Shown: positions 36,411 through 50,832, numbered from the whole stretch's first letter. The stretch is 62,301 nucleotides of DNA, filler included, from Nemertoderma westbladi (GCA_032718475.1; 3 parts of 3 records of this genome joined end to end with filler, not necessarily neighbours in it), one strand, 5' to 3'. Numbers and translations: made by a program. Notes: generated by a model not told the origin, from the sequence alone.

Positions 36411-39400
36411 AAAGCTTTACTATAAAATTCTAAAGGTTTACTCTTCAAGCTTTACTATAAAATTCTAAAGCTTTACTCTTCAAGCTTTACTATAAAATTC
36501 TAAAGCTTTACTATTCAAGCTTTACTATAAAATTCTAAAGCTTTACTCTTCAAGCGTTACTATAAAATTCTAAAGCTTTACTCTTCAAGCTTTACTATAA
36601 AATTCTAAAGCTTTACTCTTCAAGCTTTACTATAAAATTCTAAAGCTTTACTCTTCAAGCTTTACTATAAAATTCTAAAGCTTTACTCTTCAAGCTTTAC
36701 TATAAAATTCTAAAGCTTTACTCTTCAAGCTTTACTATAAAATTCTAAAGCTTTACTCTTCAAGCTTTACTATAAAATTCTAAAGCTTTACTCTTCAAGC
36801 TTTACTATAAAATTCTAAAGCTTTACTCTTCAAGCTTTACTATAAAATTCTAAAGCTTTACTCTTCAAGCTCTACTATAAAATTCTAAAGCTTTATTCTT
36901 CAAGCTTTACTATAAAATTCTAAAGCTTTACTCTTCAAGCTTTACTATAAAATTCTAAAGCTTTACTCTTCAAGCTTTACTATAAAATTCTAAAGCTTTA
37001 CTCTTCAAGCTTTACTATAAAATTCTAAAGCTTTACTCTTCAAGCTTTACTATAAAATTCTAAAGCTTTACTCTTCAAGCTTTACTATAAAATTCTAAAG
37101 CTTTACTCTTCAAGATTTACTATAAAATTCGAAAGCTTTACTCTTCAAGCTTTACCATAAAATTATAAAGCTTTACTCTTCAAGCATTACTATAAAATTC
37201 TAAAGCTTTACTCTTCAAGCTTTACTATAAAATTCTAAAGCTTTACTCTTCAAGCGTTACTATAAAATTCTAAAGCTTTACTATTCAAGCTTTACCATAA
37301 AATTCTAAAGCTTTACTCTTCAAGCGTTACTATAAAATTCTAAAGCTTTACTCTTCAAGCTTTACTATAAAATTCTAAAGCTTTACTCTTCAAGCTTTAC
37401 TATAAAATTATAAAGCTTTACTCTTCAAGCCTTACCATAAAATTCTAAAGCTTTACTCTTCAAGAGTTACTATAAAATTCTAAAGCTTTACTCTTCAAGC
37501 GTTACCATAAAATTCTAAAGCTTTACTCTTCAAGCTTTACTATAAAATTCTAAAGCTTTACTCTTCAAGCGTTACTATAATAATTCTAAAGCTTTACTCT
37601 TCAAGCTTTACCATAAAATTCTAAAGCTTGACTCTTCAAGCGTTACTATAAAATTCTAAAGCTTTACTCTTCAAGCTTTACTATAAAATTCTAAAGCTTT
37701 ACTCTTCAAGCTTTACCATAAAATTCTAAAGCTTTACTCTTCAAGCTTTACTATAAAATTCTAAAGCTTTACTCTTCAAGCTTTACTATAAAATTCTAAA
37801 GCTTTACTCTTCAAGCTTTACTATAAAATTCTAAAGCTTTACTCTTCAAGCTTTACTATAAAATTCTAAAGCTTTACTCTTCAAGCTTTACTATAAAATT
37901 CTAAAGCTTTACTCTTCAAGCTTTACTATAGAATTCTAAAGCTTTACTCTTCAAGCTTTACCATAAAATTCTAAAGCTTTACTCTTCAAGCTTTACCATA
38001 AAATTCTAAAGCTTTACTCTTCAAGCGTTACTATAAAATTCTAAAGCTTTACTCTTCAAGCTTTACTATAAAATTCTAAAGCTTTACTCTACAAGCTTTA
38101 CTATAAAATTCTAAAGCTTTACTCTTCAAGCTTTACTATAAAATTCTAAAGCTTTACTCTTCAAGCTTTAATATAAAATTCTAAAGCTTTACTCTTCAAG
38201 CTTTACTATAAAATTCTAAAGCTTTACTCTTCAAGCTTTACTATAAAATTCTAAAGCTTTACTCTTCAAGCTTTACCATAAAATTCTAAAGCTTTACTCT
38301 TCAAGCTTTACTATAAAATTCTAAAGCTTTACTCTTCAAGCTTTACTATAAAATTCTAAAGCTTTACTCTTCAAGGTTTACTATAAAATTCTAAAGCTTT
38401 ACTCTTCAAGCTTTACTATAAAATTCTAAAGCTTTACTCTTCAAGCTTTACTATAAAATTCTAAAGCTTTACTCTTCAAGCTTTACTATAAAATTATAAA
38501 GCTTTACTCTTCAAGCTTTACTATAAAATTCTAAAGCTTTACTCTTCAAGCTTTACCATAAAATTCTAAAGCTTTACTCTTCAAGCTTTACTATAAAATT
38601 CTAAAGCTTTACTCTTCAAGCTTTACTATAAAATTCTAAAGCTTTACTCTTCAAGCTTTACCATAAAATTCTAAAGCTTTACTCTTCAAGCGTTACTATA
38701 AAATTCTAAAGCTTTACTCTTCAAGCTTTACCATAAAATTCTAAAGCTTTACTCTTCAAGGGTTACTATAAAATTCTAAAGCTTTACTCTTCTAGCTTTA
38801 CTATAAAATTCTAAAGGTTTACTCTTCAAGCTTTACTATAAAATTCTAAAGCTTTACTCTTCAAGCGTTACTATAAAATTCTAAAGCTTTACTCTTCAAG
38901 CTTTACTATAAAATTCTAAAGCTTTACTCTTCAAGCTTTACTATAAAATTCTAAAGCTTTACTCTTCAAGCTTTACTATAAAATTCTAAAGCTTTACTCT
39001 TCAAGCTTTACTATAAAATTCTAAAGCTTTACTCTTCAAGCTTTACTATAAAATTCTAAAGCTTTACTCTTCAAGCTTTACTATAAAATTCTAAAGCTTT
39101 ACTCTTCAAGCTTTACTATAAAATTATAAAGCTTTACTCTTCAAGCTTTACTATAAAATTCTAAAGCTTTACTCTTCAAGCTTTACTATAAAATTCTAAA
39201 GCTTTATTCTTCAAGCTTTACTATAAAATTCTAAAGCTTTACTCTTCAAGCTTTACTATAAAATTCTAAAGCTTTACTCTTCAAGCTTTACTATAAAATT
39301 CTAAAGCTTTACTCTTCAAGCTTTACTATAAAATTCTAAAGCTTTACTCTTCAAGCTTTACTATAAAATTCTAAAGCTTTACTCTTCAAGCTTTACTATA

Positions 39401-42400
39401 AAATTCTAAAGCTTTACTCTTCAAGATTTACTATAAAATTCGAAAGCTTTACTCTTCAAGCTTTACCATAAAATTATAAAGCTTTACTCTTCAAGCGTTA
39501 CTATAAAATTCTAAAGCTTTACTCTTCAAGCTTTACTATAAAATTCTAAAGCTTTACTCTTCAAGCGTTACTATAAAATTCTAAAGCTTTACTATTCAAG
39601 CTTTACCATAAAATTCTAAAGCTTTACTCTTCAAGCGTTACTATAAAATTCTAAAGCTTTACTCTTCAAGCTTTACTATAAAATTCTAAAGCTTTACTCT
39701 TCAAGCTTTACTATAAAATTCTAAAGCTTTACTCTTCAAGCCTTACCATAAAATTCTAAAGCTTTACTCTTCAAGCGTTACTATAAAATTCTAAAGCTTT
39801 ACTCTTCAAGCGTTACCATAAAATTCTAAAGCTTTACTCTTCAAGCTTTACTATAAAATTCTAAAGCTTTACTCTTCAAGCGTTACTATAAAATTAAAAA
39901 GCTTTACTCTTCAAGCTTTACCATAAAATTCTAAAGCTTTACTCTTCAAGCGTTACTATAAAATTCTAAAGCTTTACTCTTCAAGCTTTACTATAAAATT
40001 CTAAAGCTTTACTCTTCAAGCTTTACCATAAAATTCTAAAGCTTTACTCTTCAAGCTTTACTATAAAATTCTAAAGCTTTACTCTTCAAGCTTTACTATA
40101 AAATTCTAAAGCTTTACTCTTCAAGCTTTACTATAAAATTCTAAAGCTCTACTCTTCAAGCTTTACTATAAAATTCTAAAGCTTTACTCTTCAAGCTTTA
40201 CTATAAAATTCTAAAGCTTTACTCTTCAAGCTTTACTATAAAATTCTAAAGCTTTACTCTTCAAGCTTTACCATAAAATTCTAAAGCTTTACTCTTCAAG
40301 CTTTACCATAAAATTCTAAAGCTTTACTCTTCAAGCGTTACTATAAAATCCTAAAGCTTTACTCTTCAAGCTTTACTATAAAATTCTAAAGCTTTACTCT
40401 ACAAGCTTTACTATAAAATTCTAAAGCTTTACTCTTCAAGCTTTACTATAAAATTCTAAAGCTTTACTCTTCAAGCTTTACTATAAAATTCTAAAGCTTT
40501 ACTCTTCAAGCTTTACTATAAAATTCTAAAGCTTTACTCTTCAAGCTTTACTATAAAATTCTAAAGCTTTACTCTTCAAGCTTTACTATAAAATTCTAAA
40601 GCTTTATTCTTCAAGCTTTACTATAAAATTCTAAAGCTTTACTCTTCAAGCTTTACTATAAAATTCTAAAGCTTTACTCTTCAAGCTTTACTATAAAATT
40701 CTAAAGCTTTACTCTTCAAGCTTTACTATAAAATTCTAAAGCTTTACTCTTCAAGCTTTACTATAAAATTCTAAAGCTTTACTCTTCAAGCTTTACTATA
40801 AAATTCTAAAGCTTTACTCTTCAAGATTTACTATAAAATTCGAAAGCTTTACTCTTCAAGCTTTACCATAAAATTATAAAGCTTTACTCTTCAAGCGTTA
40901 CTATAAAATTCTAAAGCTTTACTCTTCAAGCTTTACTATAAAATTCTAAAGCTTTACTCTTCAAGCGTTACTATAAAATTCTAAAGCTTTACTATTCAAG
41001 CTTTACCATAAAATTCTAAAGCTTTACTCTTCAAGCGTTACTATAAAATTCTAAAGCTTTACTCTTCAAGCTTTACTATAAAATTCTAAAGCTTTACTCT
41101 TCAAGCTTTACTATAAAATTCTAAAGCTTTACTCTTCAAGCTTTACTATAAAATTCTAAAGCTTTAATCTTCAAGCGTTACTATAAAATTCTAAAGCTTT
41201 ACTCTTCAAGCGTTACCATAAAATTCTAAAGCTTTACTCTTCAAGCGTTACCATAAAATTCTAAAGCTTTACTCTTCAAGCTTTACTATAAAATTCTAAA
41301 GCTTTACTCTTCAAGCGTTACTATAAAATTCTAAAGCTTTACTCTTCAAGCGTTACTATAAAATTCTAAAGCTTTACTCTTCAAGCTTTACTATAAAATT
41401 CTAAAGCTTTACTCTTCAAGCTTTACTATAAAATTCTAAAGCTTTACTCTTCAAGCTTTACCATAAAATTCTAAAGCTTTACTCTTCAAGCTTTACTATA
41501 AAATTCTAAAGCTTTACTCTTCAAGCTTTACTATAAAATTCTAAAGCTTTACTCTTCAAGCTTTACTATAAAATTCTAAAGCTTTACTCTTCAAGCTTTA
41601 CTATAAAATTCTAAAGCTTTACTCTTCAAGCTTTACTATAAAATTCTAAAGCTTTACTCTTCAAGCTTTACCATAAAATTCTAAAGCTTTACTCTTCAAG
41701 CTTTACCATAAAATTCTAAAGCTTTACTCTTCAAGCTTTACTATAAAATTCTAAAGCTTTACTCTTCAAGCTTTACTATAAAATTCTAAAGCTTTACTCT
41801 ACAAGCTTTACTATAAAATTCTAAAGCTTTACTCTTCAAGCTTTACTATAAAATTCTAAAGCTTTACTCTTCAAGCTTTACTATAAAATTCTAAAGCTTT
41901 ACTCTTCAAGCTTTACTATAAAATTCTAAAGCTTTACTCTTCAAGCTTTACCATAAAATTCTAAAGCTTTACTCTTCAAGCTTTACTATAAAATTCTAAA
42001 GCTTTACTCTTCAAGCTTTACTATAAAATTCTAAAGCATTACTCTTCAAGGTTTACTATAAAATTCTAAAGCTTTACTCTTCAAGCTTTACTATAAAATT
42101 CTAAAGCTTTACTGTTCAAGCTTTACTATAAAATTCTAAAGCTTTACTGTTCAAGCTTTACTATAAAATTCTAAAGCTTTACTCTTCAAGCTTTACTATA
42201 AAATTCTAAAGCTTTACTCTTCAAGCTTTACTATAAAATTCTAAAGCTTTACTCTTCAAGCTTTACCATAAAATTCTAAAGCTTTACTCTTCAAGCTTTA
42301 CTATAAAATTCTAAAGCTTTACTCTTCAAGCTTTACCATAAAATTCTAAAGCTTTACTCTTCAAGCGTTACTATAAAATTCTAAAGCTTTACTCTTCAAG

Positions 42401-42799
42401 CTTTACCATAAAATTCTAAAGCTTTACTCTTCAAGGGTTACTATAAAATTCTAAAGCTTTACTCTTCAAGCTTTACTATAAAATTCTAAAGGTTTACTCT
42501 TCAAGCTTTACTATAAAATTCTAAAGCTTTACTCTTCAAGCTTTACTATAAAATTCTAAAGGTTTACTCTTCAAGCTTTACTATAAAATTCTAAAGCTTT
42601 ACTCTTCAAGCTTTACTATAAAATTCTAAAGCTTTACTCTTCAAGCTTTACTATAAAATTATAAAGCTTTACTCTTCAAGCGTTACTATAAAATTCTAAA
42701 GCTTTACTCTTCAAGCTTTACTATAAAATTCTAAAGCTTTACTCTTCAAGCGTTACTATAAAATTATAAAGCTTTACTCTTCAAGCTTTACTATAAAAT
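36411..42799. repeat. 6.4-kb 35-bp satellite (~182 copies; 20+15 bp subunits, two HindIII sites per unit)
   Basis: (AAGCTTTACTATAAAATTCTAAAGCTTTACTCTTC)n. Confidence 0.98.
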
Positions 42800-43513
42800 C
42801 TTTATAATAACAACATCCTGACTTGGGAGCGCGTATGACCTTTATGCCCTCTCGACTCAATGTGTATGCATGGGCGTCCATTCTTACATGTCGCAAATTA
42901 TTTTCAGTTACTTTCTGTCCGTAGAACCATTCTGATTAACCGGCTCTGGGGTTTCAATCCAAATATACCAACTGAATAGCCAAAACTAAATACTGAATTA
43001 TCATATGTTTTACTCATTTTGGTAACTGACAACTATAAATTGGCTGATTTAAGTGATCTGACCTACTTGCTAAGAAGGCAGCTTAACCAGCTACCGTTAC
43101 TGCCGTGTTTATTACTCAACTAGTAACAAAATACATACCTCATTATTTTCCAAACTGGTTGGAGCTCTAATATGCTTATCATACTCTCTCTGGCACCTAG
43201 AGTAGTTTCACCACTCCTGGGGCCACAAGTGGCCACTTTCATTGCAAAGACTTGATCCAACCCTCCCTCGGCGTTTTTAATAATCATTGCGGCAGTTAGC
43301 TGCTATCTGATTCACCATTATTGTGAAGGCACATCGGTTCACTAGTTAAACTAAACTCAGTCAATTACCCCTGAGGACGATTACTCCAGGACTATTGCCC
43401 CCTATAGTTGTAGTAGTGAGTAAATTTTAGGGCTCGCCCAGCCTATATTCTATTCATTACATATTATTCATATTAATAATATTAAAATTAGCACAATGGT
43501 AGAAGGTGATAAG

Positions 43514-43883
43514 TGCAATCTGTCAAGTACAATGCACACATCTCCAACCAGACACTATATAACATTGGAGGTGTCTCATTGGTTCCCCAAGATTGGCACT
43601 AGAACAAAACCGCCTACACTTTGCAGGACGTTGCTTTCGCCGTGAGGACCTGCCAGTGCATAATATTGTGTTTTGGCAGCCTCATGGAGTGAATAAGCAT
43701 GGTGGACCTGGACAGCCCATGACTTTCTTGAGACGCATCTTAAAGGACACTGGCCTTGAAGATACGGATAATCTCGCGAAAGTCATGGGCGATAGATAGC
43801 GAGTTGTGGCGGTGCATTATTGTCGACAAGCTGGCACAGCATCCTTAAAAATGCAGCAGCAATGCAGCATGCCGATCCTAGTT
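43514..43883 (+). mobile_element. 5'-truncated RTE LINE copy
   Basis: Matches the 3' ~360 bp of 9254-10175 (RLHFAGRCFRRED, ILKDTGL); imperfect TSD TAGAAGGTGA(AA)TAAG on both sides. Confidence 0.9.
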
Positions 43884-44789
43884 TAGAAGGTGAAATAAGT
43901 TGACTAAATCTACAAGAACTAAAGCGATGTAATTTTTAGTGGTAAACCTTTTTGCAGCCGAAATTATTTTCTAAAGTTCCAACATTTATATCAGCGCTAT
44001 ACTTAACACGTAGAGGTTCAGATCATATACACTTTGTCAGAACATGTTCCTCGGTTTGAACTGACGTTTGAACTGACGTCACGCTGACGTCACGCTGACA
44101 CACTGTTCTCGGTAGGGGTTCTGCTCCACCTACCCTTTTCAATTCGGAGGTCGTGTGACATAACGCGTATTCTTGTGAACCATATCCTAACAAAGTTTGA
44201 TATGTACAATTTACGTTGCGAGTACAGTAATGTGTTAATGTGTTAATGTTTTCACAATTGCACATTTATTAACTGCCGGTAATTGAGAAATTTCGTCGAC
44301 GATGCTGGTTTTCGACGAATTGTATCCCGAATTTCACGGAAAGGGTCTGTTCCAGAGTTGAGGCTATCCATCAGTAATTTGTATCAAGGTTAGTTTTCGT
44401 TTTTACATCAAATATCTTACAAAAAGGAAGTCTTGATTTTTCAGGATCTTTGATATAAATTTCTTCCGTTCTGCATTAATATGATAATTCAATGGTTTAA
44501 TACCCGATTCAATTAAACAACCTAACCATTCGACTATAAACCTTTTATTATACGTGTATTATATTTGAGAGCCAACCTTCAGACGCATATAAAATATAGG
44601 CAAGTACAGCAGCTTCAAAACGTGTAGTTTTAATTAAAAAGTCATATTTATTGCGAGAACAAAAAATTGCGAACTTATTAGCGTTTCCTCACAGAATTTA
44701 GAATGCAATAAAATTGCTCCCGAGGATCCGGATTATTGCCCCAGGTATATTGCACTGGGAATATTTCTCCCCGTGCAATTATTGTGCTA

Positions 44790-45520
44790 CTATACTAGGA
44801 GGTCAAGGGAGCAGGGACAGTGGCTTCCATTACCATTGTGCTACTATACTAGGTCAAGCGAGCAGGGACAGTGGCTTCCATTACCATTAAAAGTCATGAA
44901 TTCGGTCTTGGTAGCATTTATATGCAATCCGACCTCCTTGGCAGCTCTCTCCACTTTATTTAGTAGATCCTGTGTATCTACAGGGTGATGTCTTACGTAA
45001 AGTCGGTGTCTGGGTCTGTAGTTTCCGGATATCTGCGTTCCTGTAGTATGAATCCAAGCTCCCTTTGTGCTGATCCACATTGAGTAATACTATATACTAT
45101 AAAATCCTGAATAGTAATGGCGCCAATGTGTCACCTTGAGTACGCCAGCCAGGATTGAGAACGTTACACGATCTGATGTAACAATCCAATGCCAGCCACA
45201 ATTACCTCTGGTATTCCATAAGCTCTTAGGATTTCAAGCATTATACCTCTATGGATGGAGTCAAATGCCTTCTTGAAGTCCACAAAGGTCATGACTGCGG
45301 GGAGATTCTTTGACTTAATTCCCTCAATCAGTCTCCGTAGCGCAAGTATCTGAGCTATTGTTAACTATTTGGTGATGGTATCATGGATAGAAAGAGAGTA
45401 GCAATAAAGACAGAAGTTAGGAAAGCAAAGGCTTGGGTAGCTCTATCAAAAATGGATACCATCTGGAAATCAGATCTCTCCAGGCACCTGAAGACTAAGT
45501 AATTTTGAGCCACATGTGAG
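44790..45520. mobile_element. Second RTE family fragment with internal inversion
   Basis: Minus strand 45360->44790: IAQILALRRLIEG, TFVDFKKAFDSIHRG, GLHINATKTEFM. Plus strand 45361->45520: RKAKAWVALSKMDTIWKSDLSRHLKTK. Confidence 0.85.
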
Positions 45521-46527
45521 GTACCAGACAATGTCTTCAGATAGCCTTTTTTTATTTATTTGTTTTTTTGTATCTGGTTTTCGAATATATTAATCTTTTA
45601 CCAAAAACATGTTTTAATTTATAGCACATAAATTTATCTAAAAAATATAAATTTAAATTAAATTAGATCAGCACAGCACCACTTGGACAAAACTAAAATA
45701 ATTAAATTTCGCCGCGGTGGACTATTGGCACTGACTGATACTTTCTATTATGGGGATCTACAAGTCGATGTCTGTAACAAATATAACTATTATTACTATT
45801 ATATAACAATATTTGTGATTCTGATAGAAAGATTATAACAGTTGGTACAAAGGGTGTCAAAGTTCTAAACAAATAAAATTAACTATATGCCCTGTCCGCT
45901 GTCCGCTGTCCACTGAACACAATCACACTAAGACTCAGTTCAGCAACCATGCATCATACTACCAACTACTCCCTGAAATTGAAAATCTGTTAACTGTTCT
46001 GGATGACTGGACTGTGGGCATTAAAAAGTGAACTAAAAAAGCATCGATGTGAAACCATTATGAAAACCACCAAATTGCATTCATTATAAGTTTGCATGCA
46101 CTTCACATTATGTTATGAATTAAAAAAAAAGTCCCATTAATTATTTATGTTAATTCCCTTACGAATTTGTCAAATAAGGTGGATAATATATTGATTTACA
46201 ATACAAGTTACTTGTTCTTCAGACAATATTTCACAACATCCATGTTAGTAATTAATAGTAGGCCTTTAGTACATACTATATAATGTATAAGGATAGGTTG
46301 GCTTAGTCCATGGAATGCAGGACACACCCAAATACTTGACCATGATTGACCAATCAATACATTATTTAATATTCAGTTCCACCAGTATTTATGCAGAACT
46401 TCACTGTCAGTTAGAAATACTTAGAGACATTTGTTTATTATGTCATTAACAATGCTCAAACAATTGATAGTTATTGTAAAATCTTAAGTGTGAACACTCC
46501 ACGAAAAGTCCCGACTCTCATGTACTT

Positions 46528-46552
46528 TAACCCTATTAAACCCGGGGGTGAG

Positions 46553-46590
<38 letters not shown>

Positions 46591-48040
46591 ATATGATCCC
46601 ACCGTGTTTTTTTGTTATAATTCTGAAACGAACGCAGTTGGGAATCGGAAATTTTATGACTTTTCGTAAAAATCTATTGTCTTCCTAGTAGTGAAAACCG
46701 TTTTCAAAAATATTGGATAGTTTTCGAGTTATAGCACCACTTTTTAACCCTACTTTTTTTTGAGACGTTTTTTGAAAATTACATTTCATTAAACATTATT
46801 TGTAACATCTCTATTTTTGATTTACGCCGGTTTTATGGTGTTAGCAATTGGATGGAATTCATATAAATTAATTTAGAAATTTCAAACTTGTTTTTTTCCA
46901 AATTTTTTGGTACCAAATTTTGGTGCCAACACCAAATTTGGAAATATGTCAATTTTGTAAATTGATTGTTTGAAACTTGTTTTTTACGCAATTTGGGTTT
47001 TTGGGGTTCTGGTTTCGATGGAATATATACGAGTTGCACCAAGCGTGTCAAACTTGTATTTTTCGGTGCTGTGTGCAAATTTTGGTGCTAGCACGAAATT
47101 TTGAAAATCCATTCAATAGATAAAATTTCTTGTGACAATTTATTTCTTGCGTTTTGGAGGTTTATGACTGTTCTGAATTCAATGGAATATATAATTATCG
47201 AACTAGACATCTCAAACTTGTATTTTTCGGAAGTGGGTGCAAAATGTGGTGCTAGCACCAAATTTTGAAAACCATCAAATATATCAATTCATTGTGTCAC
47301 CTTGTTTCTTGCGTTATACGGGTTTGTGAGGGTTCTGAATTCAATGGAATCAGTAAAAATGTAATAACAGTTTTCAAACTTGTATTTTTCGCCGGTGGAT
47401 GAAAATTGTTGAGCCAGCACCAAATTTTTGAAAATAAGCAAATAGATCAAAAGATAGTATCATCTTGTTTCTTGCGTTATACGGGTTTATGAGGGTCCTG
47501 AATCCGATGGAATCAATAAAAACAGCATTGGACTTCGCAAACTTGTACTTTTTGGTGTTTGGTGCTAGCACCAAAATTTGCCATATTATGCCGAAAAATG
47601 CGAATAACAATGATCTGGCATGTTAGAAATGTATTCCATTAGAATCAGCGCCCTAGAAAACCTGAAAATGTGAATTTATAGCATCGTATAAGTGAATTAA
47701 AAATTTTGTGTTCTAACTGAAAAGTGCTGGTTACTTGTTTTTTTCATTTTTTGTCTACGCAGAGGACTAAAACAGCCATTTATAATAATCAGATTATTTT
47801 TAAATAAGCCCCCCATATTTGCGTCCCCCCAGAAAACCTGTATTGAAAAAAAATTAGCCGAAAAATGTAACTTTCAAATTTTTTGAAAATTGTGCACTAC
47901 GTGTAATTTTGGTGCTGCAATATAACCACCCCAGTACATGTTTTTCGGAAATTTTTTTTCGGACGGATCAAGACTAGTGATACCTACGTACAAACAAAAA
48001 ATCAGACGTTTTCGTAAAAATTTGAAGATTTTACATCGGC
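46528..48040. mobile_element. Non-autonomous DNA transposon-like element (TTAA-CCC left end, piggyBac-like) with ~163-bp internal repeats
   Basis: Starts TTAACCCTATTAAACCCGGGG; AAACTTGTATTTTTC..GGTGCTAGCACCAAA recurs about 5 times; right TIR not found. Confidence 0.5.
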
Positions 48041-48087
48041 CAGGATAGTGAAATAATAGCAGGATGCATCCTCGGCCACCTCTAAAA

Positions 48088-49077
48088 CACACCACAGTAC
48101 GCGATACCAGCGTCTTTTAACATCACGCACCACAGTACGCGATACCAGTGTCTTTTAGCATCACACATTACAGAACGCGATACCAGTGTCTTTTAGCATC
48201 ACACACTACAGTACGCGATACCAGTGTCTTTTAGCATCACACACCACAGTACACGATACCAGTGTCTTTTAGCATCACACACCACAGTACGCGATACCAG
48301 TGTCTTTTAACATCACACACCACAGTACGCGATACCAGTGTCTTTTAGCATCACACACCACAGTACGAGATACCAGTGTCTTTTAGTATCACACACCACA
48401 GTACGCGATACCAGTGTCTTTTAGCATCACACACCACAGTACGCGATACCAGTGTCTTTTAGCATCACAGACCACAGTACGCGATACCAGTGTCTTTTAA
48501 CATCACACACCACAGTACGCGATACCAGTGTCTTTTAGCATCACACACCACAGTACGCGATACCAGTGTCTTTTAACATCACACACCACAGTACGCGATA
48601 CCAGTGTCTTTTAGCATCACAGACCACAGTACGCGATACCAGTGTCTTTTAACATCACACACCACAGTACGCGATACCAGTGTCTTTTAGCATCACACAC
48701 CACAGTACGCGATACCACTGTCTTTTAACATCACACACCACATTACGCGATACCAGTGTCTTTTAGCATCACACACCACAGTACGCGATACCAGTGTCTA
48801 TTAACATCACACACCACAGTACGCGATGCCAGTGTCTTTTAGCATCACACACCACAGTACGCGATACCAGTGTCTTTTAACATCACACACCACAGTACGC
48901 GATACCAGTGTCTTTTAGCATCACACACCACAGTACGAGATACCAGTGTCTTTTAGCATCACACACCACAGTACGCGATACCAGTGTCTTTTAGCATCAC
49001 ACACCACAGTACGCGATACCAGTGTCTTTTAGCATCACACACCACAGTACGCGACACCAGTGTCTTTTAGCATCACG
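48088..49077. repeat. 38-bp minisatellite (~26 copies)
   Basis: (CACACCACAGTACGCGATACCAGTGTCTTTTAGCATCA)n. Confidence 0.97.
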
Positions 49078-50832
49078 TCTTTTCGCAGTTTCTCTTATCC
49101 AGATGATGCCAAAGATCAAGTTGATGTCCAGCCAGATGATTGACTAATATGAGAGGGGGATGTAGGTACATTGGTACATTCGGTTTAATGAAATTCACAA
49201 TGAAATTTATCTGACAGCAGGAATGTCTGAGTTTCTGGGGAAAGAAGACCTAATACCAATTAATTGGCCCATAGCTTATCATTCAGCCAAAAATGCAGAC
49301 ATCAGGGTGACTTTCTTAACATAATGCATGTAAGTAACAATTATATTTCTCTAAGCAGCAAGAAATGATGACAAAGAAGCACATAAAGCCCGACATGCTG
49401 TGTTATCGGATGATTGTGGGCTTGCTCCTTGTCCCGTGAGAAACCATTGTAAGTAGAGTGAACGTTAGCTGATGCTGATTGTGTGAGAGTCTGCCCCAAT
49501 TAAAATATGGACTTGTAAGTCATTATAAAGCACTTCATATTTTAAACCAAGGTTATATGGGTTTGCATTTCGACATTATTTAACACTATTTGTTCCCTTT
49601 CTCCTAGGTTATTGTAATGCATGCCTGTTGTTATCTTAGCCATCGTAATTAGATGCAAACAAGTATTTTGCAATTATGTTCCTGTGGAATCTTGAATAAA
49701 ATGGAATAAGGCATCATGCTGTTTTTCTGAGAATCGACAACATGTGGTTTTGGATACAGGATAGATTTAAGGTAATCTTAAAGGATTAGCAAGCATTGGT
49801 TGGAGGAGGGCGAATGTAGTAGAGGGATTGAAATTGCTTTAAGAGTAGCTGCCAAATGAGTTCTGTGAATATAATAATTCCAATAGAGAATGGAATACTA
49901 ATATGAAAAGATAACATTTTCTCTACTCAAAATGTATCGCATCCCTTGTTGTTATCAAATCAACACATCGCTCAATATGACTACTTATATTTCAACTTGA
50001 CAATTTTTCTAAAATAATTATTGATTAATTATTGCAAGATTAATTTATAAGAAATATTAAATCTATGATTAATGTGACCTTTTTTATGACAACCTTGAGA
50101 TAATCAGTTCCGCATTCTCGGCTCTGTCACAGAAAAAATACATCAAGCTTTATATTCTAAAACGACCTCGTGTGTTATATTAATTGAAAATTGATACTAT
50201 TAGCGATAATATACTGTTAGAACTGAACATACTTTCTACTACTATACTTATACTATGTATATTTAGCTATAAACATTGCGTACCGGAACTGCACTACAAC
50301 TAATCTCCAGTTTTTCACTTCACATTTTCGATTAGTTTCTGTATTGTGCAGTAATCTCCTACATCTAATCTCTTGCCTCCCTGTCCCCACTTATCTTTCT
50401 AATCTGCATTAACGTGCTACCCAATGCTACATCTTTACTAAGCACCCTTATTTGCCAAGGATCCACCTCTTGTGCATTCAGTTTCCCATTATAACCAACT
50501 AAGTAATATAACCTCACCAACTAACAAACCCAATTGTGAACTTAACTATGCTTGTTGATTTGTTAATTTGTTAACAGTCTGGGGACTTACCCATTAAATT
50601 CTAGTTCAAAATTCTAGGGTTATAAATTATATCCTAGAAATAGGATATAGTTAATGTTAATGAGAGTTAATGACCTCAACATAGGATAACGAATAATGAA
50701 GGATAGAAAGAAGCTCCGGTATGAATGAGGAGGGTGACTCTGCTACAATTTAAAAGGAGATAACTGTTTCCAACACTTGTAGTAAAGATTAAAAGGTAAA
50801 AATAAAAATTCTGACTTATAAGTAAGTATAAT

